From: a virus
Lineage: Duplodnaviria; Caudoviricetes
Length of the DNA stretch: 63,156 nucleotides
Strand: one strand, 5' to 3'
IMG/VR virus record: IMGVR_UViG_3300032236_000575
Coordinates: 1 to 63,156 of that record
Part shown: positions 36,920-46,931 of the stretch, one piece after another
How the letters are laid out: every line of letters starts with the position of its first letter
Position numbering within the stretch: the first letter of the stretch is position 1
Position numbers and translations under genes: made by a program
The notes under the pieces: generated by a model
The model's database searches: none
Seen by the model: only the letters and a program-made list of their open reading frames with translations
What the model was told of the DNA's origin: nothing

Positions 36920-38325
36920 TTGTGCGCCCACCAAGCATGCTCATCGGCCTTGACATTGAACTTGAACAACGTTGCGACTTGCGGACCCGTTAGATGCCAC
37001 GGGAAATGTTCGTAGACAACATAATTGAAGAACGCCATCTCGTGCATCGAATCGGCTTGTGGATACATCTGCCACATGTCGATCATCATCTTGCACAGCT
37101 TCTGCAGTGTTGCCCTGTCTCCGCCGACAACACCGGGGTTGAGAAGCATCGAATGCTTGTTGTCTTCGATCCATTGCGCTATCGCTGAACCGTGCTGCCG
37201 GATCCACGGGATACCAACGGGTTTCGGTTCCCATCCGCAGTACAGCGTCCCTGGCCTCATCGAGGTGAACGGGTTGTTGAGCATGCGAACGTCGGTGGCA
37301 TCGACAAGCCACGCGTAGCCGACTTCGGGATGGTCGCGCAGCCACATACTGTAACTGATCCAACGCTGTTTGTACGCCGGTTCATTGGTGGCATCGACCC
37401 ATTGAGCATGATCATGTGCAAGACAGTCAGTGATGATGACAAACCTTGCGTCACCGAGCGATGCTTCAAGAGGTTCGATCGCTTTGAGGTCCGCTCTCCA
37501 CTTCTGACCTCGTTGAGGATCATCGACACCGTTGAAGTACGAGGTGAGGACAACGTTGTACGGTGTGCGGTATTCGATGTAATCGGTTGTGTTCCAGTAC
37601 TTTTCGCGCAGGCCGATGTTGCGCTGCAGCATGAGGTCACGATCTTTTGATGTGAAGCTTCTTTTGACCGATTGATGTTCGTCTGATGCGTAGAACAATC
37701 CTGCGCTGTCGCAGTCTTGGTGGACGAAGGTGGTGAAGCCTGCGTTCCAGATCCGGCGTGACCATTCGGCGTGTTCCTCCATGCCTTTGCCGAAGTCAAG
37801 TCTCATGCCGCCGACACGCTCGATCACTTGCCGTTCCGCGTACAGCATGCAACCCATTGACCATCCGTATGCGGTGATCTTTGAGTCGAGGTACAGCACA
37901 TCCATTTTGGGCACTGATCCGCCGTCGGAGAAGTGTGTCCAGCAGTACTGCAGGTGCGGTTCTTCTGATTCGATATAGGGCTTCCACCATTGGTTGCCTT
38001 TGATTGGCCTGGTGTCGTCATCGAGCAGGAAGAGGTGATCAACACCAGCGTCCATCAATAGCTCGATGCAGCGGTTCTTGGCTGCCGGAATGCCCTGTGC
38101 GACTTCGTTTCTCACCACCGTGATCGGGTGGTGCGTGGTGAAAGGCTCGTCGCTGCCGTCATCGACCACAAAGACTGGGGCGGACGATGGGATGGTTTCG
38201 AGGACGGCCTCGACGGTTTCAAGGCATTCCTGCTTCCTGTTGTGAGTGGTGATCGCTACACCGAACTTGTGTTTCGCGCTGTTCTTGGGAACGTAGGGGA
38301 TGCCGTCGATCGTGACTTCCATCAT
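36916..38325 (-). CDS. Glycosyltransferase family 2 (two-domain)
   Basis: AITTHNR, VVDDGS, GIPAAKNRC, FLLDDD; second domain VDATDV...LLNPGVVGG. Confidence 0.9.
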   Translation of the reverse strand: MMEVTIDGIPYVPKNSAKHKFGVAITTHNRKQECLETVEAVLETIPSSAPVFVVDDGSDEPFTTHHPITVVRNEVAQGIPAAKNRCIELLMDAGVDHLFLLDDDTRPIKGNQWWKPYIESEEPHLQYCWTHFSDGGSVPKMDVLYLDSKITAYGWSMGCMLYAERQVIERVGGMRLDFGKGMEEHAEWSRRIWNAGFTTFVHQDCDSAGLFYASDEHQSVKRSFTSKDRDLMLQRNIGLREKYWNTTDYIEYRTPYNVVLTSYFNGVDDPQRGQKWRADLKAIEPLEASLGDARFVIITDCLAHDHAQWVDATNEPAYKQRWISYSMWLRDHPEVGYAWLVDATDVRMLNNPFTSMRPGTLYCGWEPKPVGIPWIRQHGSAIAQWIEDNKHSMLLNPGVVGGDRATLQKLCKMMIDMWQMYPQADSMHEMAFFNYVVYEHFPWHLTGPQVATLFKFNVKADEHAWWAHK

Positions 38326-38702
38326 GGCTTTCTCCTGTTTCGTCTTTTAGCTTCGTACTCAATGCAGTCACCGACGTTGAAGCGAAGCTTGCCTTCGATC
38401 GTTTTGGATCTGATGTGGTTGCGTTTCGCCCACATGTAGATCGATCCGACAGGCACTCCGATCAGTTCAGACATCTCCGGTGCTGTGTGCCAATCGTGAA
38501 CGCGCAGAGGCTGATTCGATGGGAACACCCACAGTTGTTGCAGCTTGCGCCATGAGTCATCGAGGTCGCACAGTGCATCGAGTGGACTGAGGAACTTGCC
38601 GGACAGGATGCCGTGGATCAGTTCTCGGTATGAGATGGCGACACGTTTGGCTCTGTCTTCTCGCGAGTCACCGGGCCAGGGCCATTCAGTACTTCCAGAC
38701 AA
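38322..38702 (-). CDS. HTH DNA-binding protein
   Basis: WPWPGDSREDRAKRVA; TAPEMSELIGVPVGSIYMWAKR. Confidence 0.75.
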   Translation of the reverse strand: MSGSTEWPWPGDSREDRAKRVAISYRELIHGILSGKFLSPLDALCDLDDSWRKLQQLWVFPSNQPLRVHDWHTAPEMSELIGVPVGSIYMWAKRNHIRSKTIEGKLRFNVGDCIEYEAKRRNRRKP

Positions 38703-39030
38703 TGCTGAGTCCTGTTCGTTCCGCGACTCTGGCCGCGATCATGCGATGCCACTTCGCTGGCATGCCATCGACAAGATCAACGCAATCATCCTGCGGGGCA
38801 ACAACATACGGCAAACCGCCATCGATCTTCGTCAACTGAATGGTCAGAGCACTCACGAACCTGTGTGCATGCTCAACCCATTGCCCGATCGCGTGCTCCG
38901 CAGCAACGGGGATCTTGCTGCCCTCTTCCCAACGCTTCACGGTGCGCTCAGTGACATCGAACTGCGATGCAACCCATTTGCGGTCGAGGCCGAGGTACTC
39001 GCGCCAGCACACGAACTCTGCCGGTGTCAT
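38686..39030 (-). CDS. XRE-type HTH protein (DUF1870-like)
   Basis: MTPAEF..WREYLGL...WVA..FDVTERTVKRWEEG. Confidence 0.75.
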   Translation of the reverse strand: MTPAEFVCWREYLGLDRKWVASQFDVTERTVKRWEEGSKIPVAAEHAIGQWVEHAHRFVSALTIQLTKIDGGLPYVVAPQDDCVDLVDGMPAKWHRMIAARVAERTGLSIVWKY

Positions 39031-39203
39031 CGGATGACCGATGGGCCGCGCCAACGATTATCGTGCTTGTTACGCCACTTGACGTACTGCTTGGCTTCCT
39101 TCTTGCTGTAGAACACTGCGACGATGCGTGCTCTGCCCTCGTCAAAGATCTCGTATGCTTTCTGATCTTCGACTTGCAGCTTCCACTCATCGAAAAACCC
39201 CAT
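39027..39203 (-). CDS. Small hypothetical protein
   Basis: MGFFDEWKLQ; CAGGAAG SD. Confidence 0.5.
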   Translation of the reverse strand: MGFFDEWKLQVEDQKAYEIFDEGRARIVAVFYSKKEAKQYVKWRNKHDNRWRGPSVIR

Positions 39204-39223
39204 CGTGTCTTCCTGTTTGTCGC

Positions 39224-40135
39224 TCACGCAAGGATCTCCTTCAAAACCATTGTCACAGCCCATGATTCGATGACCGACAGTTCGTCGCGGTCGAGGTCAG
39301 CGATCTTCTTGACCTTTGCGAGTTTCTCTTCCGCTTGTGTGAGCTTCCATTGAGACTCGGCATAAAGCCACTGCAGCACTGCGTGTTCCTTTCGTCCGAT
39401 GTCTTCCACGAGAAGAGAACTGAGCCAGTGGTATTCAGACTCTGACCATTTTCCGTTACAGGAGGTGCATGTCACGTCCGTGCTGCCGTTGTCGATGCCC
39501 AGTGTTCTTCTGCCGCATCCGATCACGGGGCACGGCATCGCAAGTCGCGTCCGCTTTTCAGTCATTCCCAAAGCGGCATCGATGCGTTGGTGAACGATGA
39601 CCGCCGCGACTGCTGCCTCGACACCGTCGATCTCTTTCTTCGTGGCGGTTGAGCCGGATGAGTCCCACGTCTTGGCCTCGATCGGGTCTGCTGCGATGAG
39701 CTTGTCAATGTTGTTGGGCAGCAGCGTCTTTGCTTGCTCGATGCAGGGCCAGTTGACCACGGGAAAGCCTTTGGCTTTTTGTCTTTTCTGCGGCCTCACT
39801 CCGAGCTTTGCGGCCACCAGGGCGACAGATGTTTCGCAGTTGTGTGCGAGCATGTCTTGCAGTTCGATGACGGTGGCGTTGAGGGGCATCGGTGGTGTCG
39901 GCGTGCCGGACACCTTCGTCCCTTCTGCTTTCTCGACTTTGTCTCCGATCGCGGCCTGCAAGGCGCGGTAATCGTCTGACGCTCTGCGGTAGGCCGACGC
40001 TACTGCTGTGCAGCATCGGTCGCAGAACCCTCGCGGTTTTTCGATGGTGGCCGGTTCGAACTTTCCTGTTGTCTGATTGCGAATCTTGTTGCGGCACAGC
40101 TTTTTCATCGAGCATTTGTGCTGCTCATCGCTCAC
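39224..40135 (-). CDS. Hypothetical zinc-binding protein
   Basis: FCDRC, CPVIGC, CTSC; GTG start overlapping the upstream stop. Confidence 0.7.
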   Translation of the reverse strand: MSDEQHKCSMKKLCRNKIRNQTTGKFEPATIEKPRGFCDRCCTAVASAYRRASDDYRALQAAIGDKVEKAEGTKVSGTPTPPMPLNATVIELQDMLAHNCETSVALVAAKLGVRPQKRQKAKGFPVVNWPCIEQAKTLLPNNIDKLIAADPIEAKTWDSSGSTATKKEIDGVEAAVAAVIVHQRIDAALGMTEKRTRLAMPCPVIGCGRRTLGIDNGSTDVTCTSCNGKWSESEYHWLSSLLVEDIGRKEHAVLQWLYAESQWKLTQAEEKLAKVKKIADLDRDELSVIESWAVTMVLKEILA

Positions 40136-40371
40136 TGTGTTCGCCTTTCGATTTCGCGGTTGATGTAGAACACGGCTTTTCGGAGATCCTCGATGGCCTT
40201 GCCTTTGAGGTCGGCACGCCAGATGTATTTGATGGCGTTGCCGAGGTTGAAGTTGAAATGCTCTGTGACGGCGATGCATTCGATGCCGGATGGGTGCGAT
40301 GTGTAGTGGTTGGGATGTTTGACGGGATCTGATGGTTTGGATGGTCCGTCGATGGAGTCATCGAATGTCAC
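40132..40371 (-). CDS. DUF3310-family protein
   Basis: DPVKHPNHYT...IECI...FNLGNAIKYIWRA..K...EDLRKAVFYI. Confidence 0.9.
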   Translation of the reverse strand: MTFDDSIDGPSKPSDPVKHPNHYTSHPSGIECIAVTEHFNFNLGNAIKYIWRADLKGKAIEDLRKAVFYINREIERRTQ

Positions 40372-40754
40372 GCGTGTTCTCCGAGGATTCGTTGTGCTGG
40401 TGGGTTGTTGAGGTATTCGACTGCGCGTAGCAGGGCGGCTTGGTCATAGCGTCCGATGACGATGGTGTTGCACGTTGTGCAGAGCAGTCCTCGCACTTTG
40501 CCGGTTGCGTGATCGTGGTCTACTGCAAGCCTTTTCGAGATCCCTTTAGCTTTGTGGCAGATGACGCAGAGTCCTCCTTGACCGGCGTAGAGAAGCTCGT
40601 ACTGGTTTGCTGTGATGCCGTAGGTTTTCTCGACGTGTTTAGCGTGCGCTAAAGCCTTGCGCTGTTTGACGATTGTGCGCCAGCATGTGGCGCATCGTGG
40701 TCCTGGCTTGTCGAGCTTGCGTGTGGTGGATCCGCAGTCTTTGCATGTTTTCAC
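40368..40754 (-). CDS. Recombination endonuclease VII
   Basis: YGIT..QY..L..GQGG.C.IC...LAVDHDH.TGKVRGLLC..CN. Confidence 0.9.
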   Translation of the reverse strand: MKTCKDCGSTTRKLDKPGPRCATCWRTIVKQRKALAHAKHVEKTYGITANQYELLYAGQGGLCVICHKAKGISKRLAVDHDHATGKVRGLLCTTCNTIVIGRYDQAALLRAVEYLNNPPAQRILGEHA

Positions 40755-41026
40755 GATCCGCGCCGCATGATTCTGTCGATGATGTCGAACGCTTTCCAGA
40801 TGCCGCCGTACTCGATGTCCCATTCACCGATGTCGAGGTCTGCTGTGTGTTGCTCTTCGGTTCGTTCCATTGTGGAACGGTGCTCGTGATGGGTTGAGCC
40901 TTCGCAGATGTCTGTGGGCAGGCCGTGCCAATCGTGGCCGCATCCTCGACATCGTGGGAATGCTCTGTTGCGGTATCGGCCTGAGAGGTCGATGTCGTCA
41001 GAATGGTGGTCGCTCGTGTTGCTCAT
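40751..41026 (-). CDS. Hypothetical protein
   Basis: CRGCGHDWHGL motif; start uncertain. Confidence 0.5.
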   Translation of the reverse strand: MSNTSDHHSDDIDLSGRYRNRAFPRCRGCGHDWHGLPTDICEGSTHHEHRSTMERTEEQHTADLDIGEWDIEYGGIWKAFDIIDRIMRRGS

Positions 41027-41390
41027 TGTTGAATGGCTCTCTGTTGTCGATTAGCGATGTGCCCCAGGTCTTTTCGACTGCTTCTCCTTGCCATTGGACT
41101 TCGCAGTGGTGGCTTGAGTAGATGTGGCCGTACATCGGGTAACCGGCTTGAATGTGTGCTGCCCTGCGCCTGAATGGCATTGATCGTCCGAATCCGACTT
41201 CGTAGGTGTGCAGGTTGCACAGCAGGGCCACCGCTTCGCCTTTGAGGGTGAGTGGGTGTGGGTCGAGGCGGGTTGGTTCGCCTTTGATGTAGCAGAACCA
41301 CACGTCTTCGTTGCACAACCGGCACGCTGATTTTGTGGGTTTGGTTGTCTCTTGATGGATGGGTGGGTTTTGCGTTTTCGTTTTACTCAT
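40998..41390 (-). CDS. Hypothetical protein
   Basis: Start MSKTKT; CRLC...RLDPHPL...HHC. Confidence 0.6.
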   Translation of the reverse strand: MSKTKTQNPPIHQETTKPTKSACRLCNEDVWFCYIKGEPTRLDPHPLTLKGEAVALLCNLHTYEVGFGRSMPFRRRAAHIQAGYPMYGHIYSSHHCEVQWQGEAVEKTWGTSLIDNREPFNNEQHERPPF

Positions 41391-41553
41391 CGAGCAGTTT
41401 TTCGAGTGATTCCGCGATGCGGACCAACGCGTAGCCGCACTCATCGAGTGCGAGTGAGATCTCTTTGATGTCTTTGCTCATCGAGGTGATTTGTGTTTCG
41501 GTTTTGATGATCGATGAGGTGATGTCGGTTGTTTGGAAGTGGTCGAATGACAT
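41383..41553 (-). CDS. Small coiled-coil protein (56 aa)
   Basis: MSFDHFQTTDITSSIIKTETQ...; AGAAGGA SD; not in the ORF track. Confidence 0.55.
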   Translation of the reverse strand: MSFDHFQTTDITSSIIKTETQITSMSKDIKEISLALDECGYALVRIAESLEKLLDE

Positions 41554-41624
41554 GGGTGAATCCTTCTGTCTAGCAATGTGTTTGGTGGACGCTCAGCTAC
41601 TCAGGGTTTGTTAAGGTTGGTTCT

Positions 41625-41830
41625 TGGTGTGCCACTGGTGTGCCTGGAGAGCTTGGTTTGGCACACCAGGGACATCCGGCGCATCGGAGGGTCGATTTTG
41701 ATCGCTGGTGTGCCACTGGTGTGCCATTGGTGTGCCAACTGGTGTGCCAACCCTTTTTGCAGGTCAAGCTCTGTTGTGCCTGGTGTGCCAAACCGTGTAT
41801 TGGGAGAGTGTGTTTTTCACTGGTGTGCCA
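41625..41830. repeat. Iteron array TGGTGTGCCA, putative replication origin
   Basis: Perfect copies at 41625, 41706, 41717, 41728, 41740, 41781, 41821; one mismatch at 41636; inverted at 41659; directly downstream of primase-helicase. Confidence 0.75.
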
Positions 41831-41893
41831 ACCCCTGAGAGGAACCTTTACTGCCCATGAGCGGTGGCTGAGTGGCACAGCAGCGTTGGCCGG

Positions 41894-44017
41894 TCAAGCT
41901 ATCCCCCAGTCAGGTTGCGTAGCAATCTTTTTCACGGCGGCTTGCATGACCTCGTCCGGCAGCTTCCAGAACGCTTTAGCGGGGTACTCGCGAAGCTCCT
42001 GAATGATCTTGAGCTTCTTCGCTGCTCGATACAGTGTGCGCCGCGAGATGTCCGCGTCGGTCTTCGCGTCTTTGACTGCGTCGGTCACGCGCACCCACGG
42101 GCCGTTCATCGCCAGATAGTCTTCAAGCCACTGCGCTGCAGCGTCCTGCTTGCCGCCCATCGTGATGTCCGAATCCTGGTCCGCCAGCATCGCATCCGCC
42201 GCCGTCAGATCAGACAAGCCAGTGATGTTGAAAGCAGCGACTGTCGCTTCCTCACCGCTGTCTGTCGGCACTGTCGCTTCGTTGATCTCGTAAGTCACCG
42301 ACAGGTCTTCTCTGCCGGTTGAGTTCTTGACTTGAGACATGATGCGGACACCTTGCTTGTCCTTGACGAATCCGAACACTGCTCGTGCGATCTCACCGAA
42401 TGCGCTGCTGCCGTTGATGGCTGCGACGAGGTCGGTGTTGCCGGACTTGTTGAGGTGGACAACGCCGATGACGATGCCGTCGATGGCTTCTGCGATGCGT
42501 GCCCACGGTTCAAGGTATGACCGTGTCTCGTTGTTGCGGTTGATGTCCGCCGTCTGCGAGATCGTGGACATGATCGGATCCACGATGACCACTCGGACTG
42601 ATTTCTCTCTGAACTCTTTCGCGAGGTCGATCTCGTATCGAGTGGAGATCAATCTTGTCGGGTTGTCTTGATCGTCAAAGACATTGGGCAGCATGATGCG
42701 GTCGCAGTCTGCGCCAACTGCGTCGAATGATGGCTTGATGACGTAGCGGTGTGATTCTTCTGTGGCGATGTAGGCGACGTTGACGGGCTTGCCGAAGAGG
42801 CATCCTGGTATGCGTCCTGTTGAGTAGCCTGCTGCGAACCATCGTGCAGCGGTTGACTTTCCGGCTCCTGGCCGTCCTCCGAAGAGCACCATTGTTCCCA
42901 GTTGGATTCGGCCTGCCCCGGCGTAGTCCCATGCCCATGTCGGCGCAGCGGACGAGATAGCCGATGCGGGGATGAGACTCACGCGGCCCGTACTGCCCTC
43001 TGTGTGCCCTTCTGAGCCGTTTTCCGCTGTTCTGGGTGTCTGTGCATGGTCAGGCACTAGTGAGAGGATCTGCGCTGTCGGGTTGGACTTCTCCAAGCCC
43101 TTGCTGACCTTCTCGCGAATGTGGTTGGGCTGCTTGGTTTTCGCTTGCCCTACTGCCCAGGAGAGGATGCCTTGAAACTCGGCTTGCGCTGCCTGCTCTG
43201 AGAGCTTGCGGCCAGCATCGCCAGTCTCGATCATCGACTGCACGAACTGCTCTCGCAGGATGTCCACGGCATCGCGTGCAGGGAAGTATCCGGCCATCGC
43301 CTCTTCCAAAGCTGCGGTCAGGATCGACACCATCGCATCGTGGCGAGAGTCGAGCCTTTCCACTTCTGCTGTGAACTTGCGTGTCCATGTCGAGAGAAGG
43401 CGCGTGTTCTCAACTCCTGTCGCCCCTGCGACGAACTCGTACACTTCGGCATCGGTGGCTGCGCTTTCGGGTTGCTCTGTGTCGGTGAGCTTTTCAGCGA
43501 TGTCGTCTGGCAGTTCCGGTACTTCGCCTGTGACGATCCATCGGTACTCTCCGCCATCGGGATGCACTGTTGGTTGCACGATGATCACGCCACCGGCACC
43601 GCGCACGTCGAGGCCCATTCCGGCCAGCCCACCTTTGCCGTTGCCGATCCTGCGGCCTTCCGGCATGCGGAACAGGTAGTGCCCACGTCCTCCGCTGTTG
43701 GGACGTGTCTGCTGATACGGTGCCCCTGATTGAATCATGGTGTGCCACAGCCACTCTGGAACGAGGTTTGTTTTGTCCACGTCGAGTGCGATGAGGCCGG
43801 ATCGCCCAAGGTCGAACGCGATGCCGTCGCCGCTCCCGGCGAACCACGCGACTAGCTGCTCAGGGTCACGGGTGGACTTGTCTTGCCATCTGTCACCGAC
43901 TCTGCTGCCGGGATGTTTGGTTCCCGGCTTGACGGGCAGGACGTAGATCCCTGCGTTGGCGTAGATCGCCGCTGCTGTGAGGTTGTCGCAGTCATCACCG
44001 ATCTTGGGGATGATCAA
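41894..44017 (-). CDS. Bifunctional primase/polymerase fused to AAA_25/RecA-type helicase
   Basis: VLPVKPGTKHP, IALDVD, GRGHYLF, LDVRG.GG..IVQPTVH; GRPGAGKST, VVIVDP, VHLNK, GSSAF. Confidence 0.9.
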   Translation of the reverse strand: MIIPKIGDDCDNLTAAAIYANAGIYVLPVKPGTKHPGSRVGDRWQDKSTRDPEQLVAWFAGSGDGIAFDLGRSGLIALDVDKTNLVPEWLWHTMIQSGAPYQQTRPNSGGRGHYLFRMPEGRRIGNGKGGLAGMGLDVRGAGGVIIVQPTVHPDGGEYRWIVTGEVPELPDDIAEKLTDTEQPESAATDAEVYEFVAGATGVENTRLLSTWTRKFTAEVERLDSRHDAMVSILTAALEEAMAGYFPARDAVDILREQFVQSMIETGDAGRKLSEQAAQAEFQGILSWAVGQAKTKQPNHIREKVSKGLEKSNPTAQILSLVPDHAQTPRTAENGSEGHTEGSTGRVSLIPASAISSAAPTWAWDYAGAGRIQLGTMVLFGGRPGAGKSTAARWFAAGYSTGRIPGCLFGKPVNVAYIATEESHRYVIKPSFDAVGADCDRIMLPNVFDDQDNPTRLISTRYEIDLAKEFREKSVRVVIVDPIMSTISQTADINRNNETRSYLEPWARIAEAIDGIVIGVVHLNKSGNTDLVAAINGSSAFGEIARAVFGFVKDKQGVRIMSQVKNSTGREDLSVTYEINEATVPTDSGEEATVAAFNITGLSDLTAADAMLADQDSDITMGGKQDAAAQWLEDYLAMNGPWVRVTDAVKDAKTDADISRRTLYRAAKKLKIIQELREYPAKAFWKLPDEVMQAAVKKIATQPDWGIA

Positions 44018-44050
44018 AGTTGGTGTCCAATCTGGTAGATGCTTTGCAAG

Positions 44051-44096
44051 AAATGAAAAGTGCCGCCCTGCACCATGTTTCGGCGCAGGGCGGCAC
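44051..44096 (-). terminator. Intrinsic terminator
   Basis: GTGCCGCCCTGC...GCAGGGCGGCAC stem followed by a U-rich tract on the minus strand. Confidence 0.65.
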
Positions 44097-44126
44097 CCAC
44101 CGTTCCTTTATGGAACGATGCCGTCG

Positions 44127-44660
44127 CTAGCTCTTGGCAGCGAGGTTCGCGAGAGCGGCACGCGCCTCCGGTGAGAGGTCACTCGGCATGGCCTGCTGAG
44201 TTCCGTTGCCGCCGTTGAAGAAACCGGCTGACGCATTTGGCTTCTGGTAGTCGGCAGAGAACGCTTTCGGCGGGTTGAGTGCCGGGTTGGTGCGCTCTCC
44301 GTATCCGGTGAACGTCAGGGTGAGCTTGCCGCCCACCTCGATCGCGCTGGCGTTGGCACGCGTGAGAGCGTCTTTGACGGCCAGACGCTGACCGTAGGTG
44401 GAGATCCACACGCTTCTCTGACCGCTGTCTTCGGGGTTGGCCGGGTCACGCAGATCGGTCTGCACCGTCACCACCAACACCTTCTTCGGGTTGCCGTCCT
44501 TCCATGTCACCACATCTCCGGTGAACGGGTCGGTTGCATCGCGCACAACCGGCTCAGTGGTCACCGTGCCGGTGATCGTGGTTCCCACCTCGCGGAAGGG
44601 GAAGTACGGTGCGCCCGTACCGCCGGACCCGAAGAAGAACTCACTCGATTCGTTGGACAT
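44127..44660 (-). CDS. Putative ssDNA-binding/recombination accessory protein
   Basis: F..VG.TI.G, W.DG.PK..LVVTVQT, GG.LTLTFTG; between exonuclease and primase. Confidence 0.6.
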   Translation of the reverse strand: MSNESSEFFFGSGGTGAPYFPFREVGTTITGTVTTEPVVRDATDPFTGDVVTWKDGNPKKVLVVTVQTDLRDPANPEDSGQRSVWISTYGQRLAVKDALTRANASAIEVGGKLTLTFTGYGERTNPALNPPKAFSADYQKPNASAGFFNGGNGTQQAMPSDLSPEARAALANLAAKS

Positions 44661-44744
44661 ACTGCTGCTCACCTTTCAGTGAATGTTGTTGGCGCACATC
44701 GGGATTGATGTCACGCCTGTTTTTCCTTTGAGGCCGTTCGCCTC

Positions 44745-45038
44745 TTAGGTCTGTGTTCCGCCGGACGCGTTGGCGTACTGGCGCAGAACGGACATGTTCT
44801 CGGGGCAATAGCTGCTGACAGCGTCCACAATGAACGTCGCAGCCTGCTTCGCGGTGAAGCCGTTCTTGAGAAGGATGCTCACGTCGCGATCGACTTGCTG
44901 CACGGTGGGATTCGCGTCGAGTCCTTCGCACAGGGCTGTCGCTGCTTGATCGTAGATGTCGGCGTGTGCCGGTGCAGCGAAAAGCGTTGCCGCCGTGACA
45001 GTTACGGCAGCGATGATGGCTTTTAATCCGATTCTCAC
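44745..45038 (-). CDS. DUF732-like secreted protein
   Basis: Signal peptide AAPAHA-D, LCEGLD...AVSSYCP. Confidence 0.75.
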   Translation of the reverse strand: MRIGLKAIIAAVTVTAATLFAAPAHADIYDQAATALCEGLDANPTVQQVDRDVSILLKNGFTAKQAATFIVDAVSSYCPENMSVLRQYANASGGTQT

Positions 45039-45215
45039 TGTCGCCACCAAACAGTGTGAATCAGCATTCCCGCAATCGCGCCGAACGCGACTATCGACCA
45101 GAACAAGTTGGTCATTCTTCTTCTTCCTCCCGTTCGTATTCGTCCTCATCGATGAGGTCTGATTCAGTCAGTTCCACGATCTGGTTTTCGGCGTGACTCC
45201 ACCGAATCCATAAGC

Positions 45216-46025
45216 TCATTTCTTCTTCTTTCTGTCTCGATGTGCCGGGTCGAAACCTTCTCCGTTGCATGCAGCCGGATTGCTATGTCCTTCAGCGTCT
45301 TTCGCATACCAAGGGCAGAAAGCGCAGTCAGTGTTCACCCTCGGAATGAGATTGAGGTTGGCGATGTTGTGTTCGATCTGCAGTTCGTCGGCAAGCAGGA
45401 TCATGGAGTCGAATCGTGAGATGGCTTGTGCCGCTATGGTTTCTGAGTAGTCCTCGATCCACAGGTGGCTTCCGGCGAGCGTGCCAGCGCGGGGCAGGAA
45501 CCAGATCCCGACGTGATCGACTTGCTTGCCTTCGTTGGCGTATCCCTTGCCGTACAGGTGCGCTTGTGTGCGGTATGTGCCGGATGGTCCGTTCTTGCGG
45601 TACTTCGTCATCGCCGTGGTGCCGGGGAACTTGAAGTCGATGACTGTGTTCGTCTGTGTGTCGAACAGGTCGCATGTTCCGGCCAGTCCGATAGCGATCT
45701 CCACTCGATGCTCGCTGATCCACCGCTCCGGTTCACCGGCCTCAACTCTGCGCGAATTATCAAGTGCCAGTGCGTCTTCCAAAGCTCGATGCGATGCCAC
45801 TCCAATGTAGGACGGCAGTGGATCGAACTGTGGGTTGACCGGCTCAAGATCGAGCAGTGCGCTGATGAGATGCCGTGGACACGGGTGTCCAATCTGCGAC
45901 GGCCCAAGCGTGACCTGCTGATGCCGTGGATGAGATGAATGATGTTGACGCAGCACTGCTTTGAGGTCTTCGATGAGTAGGTCACCGACGCTGAAGTCGA
46001 GGAATGTTTCTTGCGTGTCAGTCAT
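45216..46025 (-). CDS. Cas4-like PD-(D/E)XK exonuclease
   Basis: LGPSQIGHPCPR, GTCDLFD...VIDFKF, QAHLYG, CAFCPW. Confidence 0.9.
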   Translation of the reverse strand: MTDTQETFLDFSVGDLLIEDLKAVLRQHHSSHPRHQQVTLGPSQIGHPCPRHLISALLDLEPVNPQFDPLPSYIGVASHRALEDALALDNSRRVEAGEPERWISEHRVEIAIGLAGTCDLFDTQTNTVIDFKFPGTTAMTKYRKNGPSGTYRTQAHLYGKGYANEGKQVDHVGIWFLPRAGTLAGSHLWIEDYSETIAAQAISRFDSMILLADELQIEHNIANLNLIPRVNTDCAFCPWYAKDAEGHSNPAACNGEGFDPAHRDRKKKK

Positions 46026-46543
46026 CGGTGTCTTTCTTTTGGTAGGAAGTGCATCCGCACGGGATGACGAGTGCGCCTGTCGGGTGTTCGTTGCTGATGT
46101 TTTCGCCCGGTGTTGGTGTCACCATTCGACAGCAGCAGGATTCTCCGCTTGTGTGGTGCCATTGAGGGTGGCCGCATGTGTTACAGGCCGAGATAGTCGA
46201 ACCAGTCTTCTGTGTAGTCATGCCCTGCCTTACTGATGTTGAAGCGTTGAGTGAAAGCCACTGCATCGCAATGCGATTCGAATGATTTGGTGTACGCCCA
46301 TGTGCCTTGCAGGTACAGGTCGGTGACCCATTTGCACGGCCCGTACTCGTCAACTGCTGTGAACGGTCGCTCTTTCCAGATGTGCCATCGCACGCGTCTA
46401 TCCGGCGTAGTCATTGCACTCGCAGTAGAACTCGCCGTCGAAGTGAAAGCACTGAGCCTCTTTCGCCCACTGATCCTGTTTCCATCCTTCGGAAACGAGG
46501 GGCAGAAAATGATCACCTTCTGCGTGCCTGCAGATCTGGCATG

Positions 46544-46831
46544 TCATTGCTTGTCGCAATCGCAATCGCATTCGTCCTCGTAGCACAAGCCTTCGTATGC
46601 GTTGAGCAGAAGACGTTCCCAGTCGGCTAGAGGTTCGTCTAGCGGTTCGCCGTCTTGCTCGACTTTTTCCCACAAGCCTCGACGGCCAACTCGGTAGCAG
46701 TCACCATTGTCCTTGTACCACAGCGTGCCGATCGGAAGTTGGCGTGGCAGTGCATCTTTCGGTTGCGGGTCGAGCACCTCGATGATCTCGTTGAGGATGC
46801 CTGCGGCCAGCTTGCGAAGCTCTCGGATCAT
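46544..46831 (-). CDS. Hypothetical protein
   Basis: ORF in a dense cluster of small minus-strand genes. Confidence 0.5.
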   Translation of the reverse strand: MIRELRKLAAGILNEIIEVLDPQPKDALPRQLPIGTLWYKDNGDCYRVGRRGLWEKVEQDGEPLDEPLADWERLLLNAYEGLCYEDECDCDCDKQ

Positions 46832-46931
46832 CGGATCGATCCGATGAACGCGTACATCACGGCCTCGATGACAACGTAGATTCCGACGATGAAAGCCGAC
46901 ACGATGAGTGCGGCTGTTAACTTCTCACGTT

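Noticed and set aside
41597-41878. ORF with WHT repeats, or a mini CRISPR array
   Set aside because: Translation artefact of 10-bp iterons; repeats too short and spacing irregular
45216-46025. Cas4 as part of a CRISPR-Cas system
   Set aside because: No other cas genes or array; stand-alone Cas4-like exonucleases are common in actinophages
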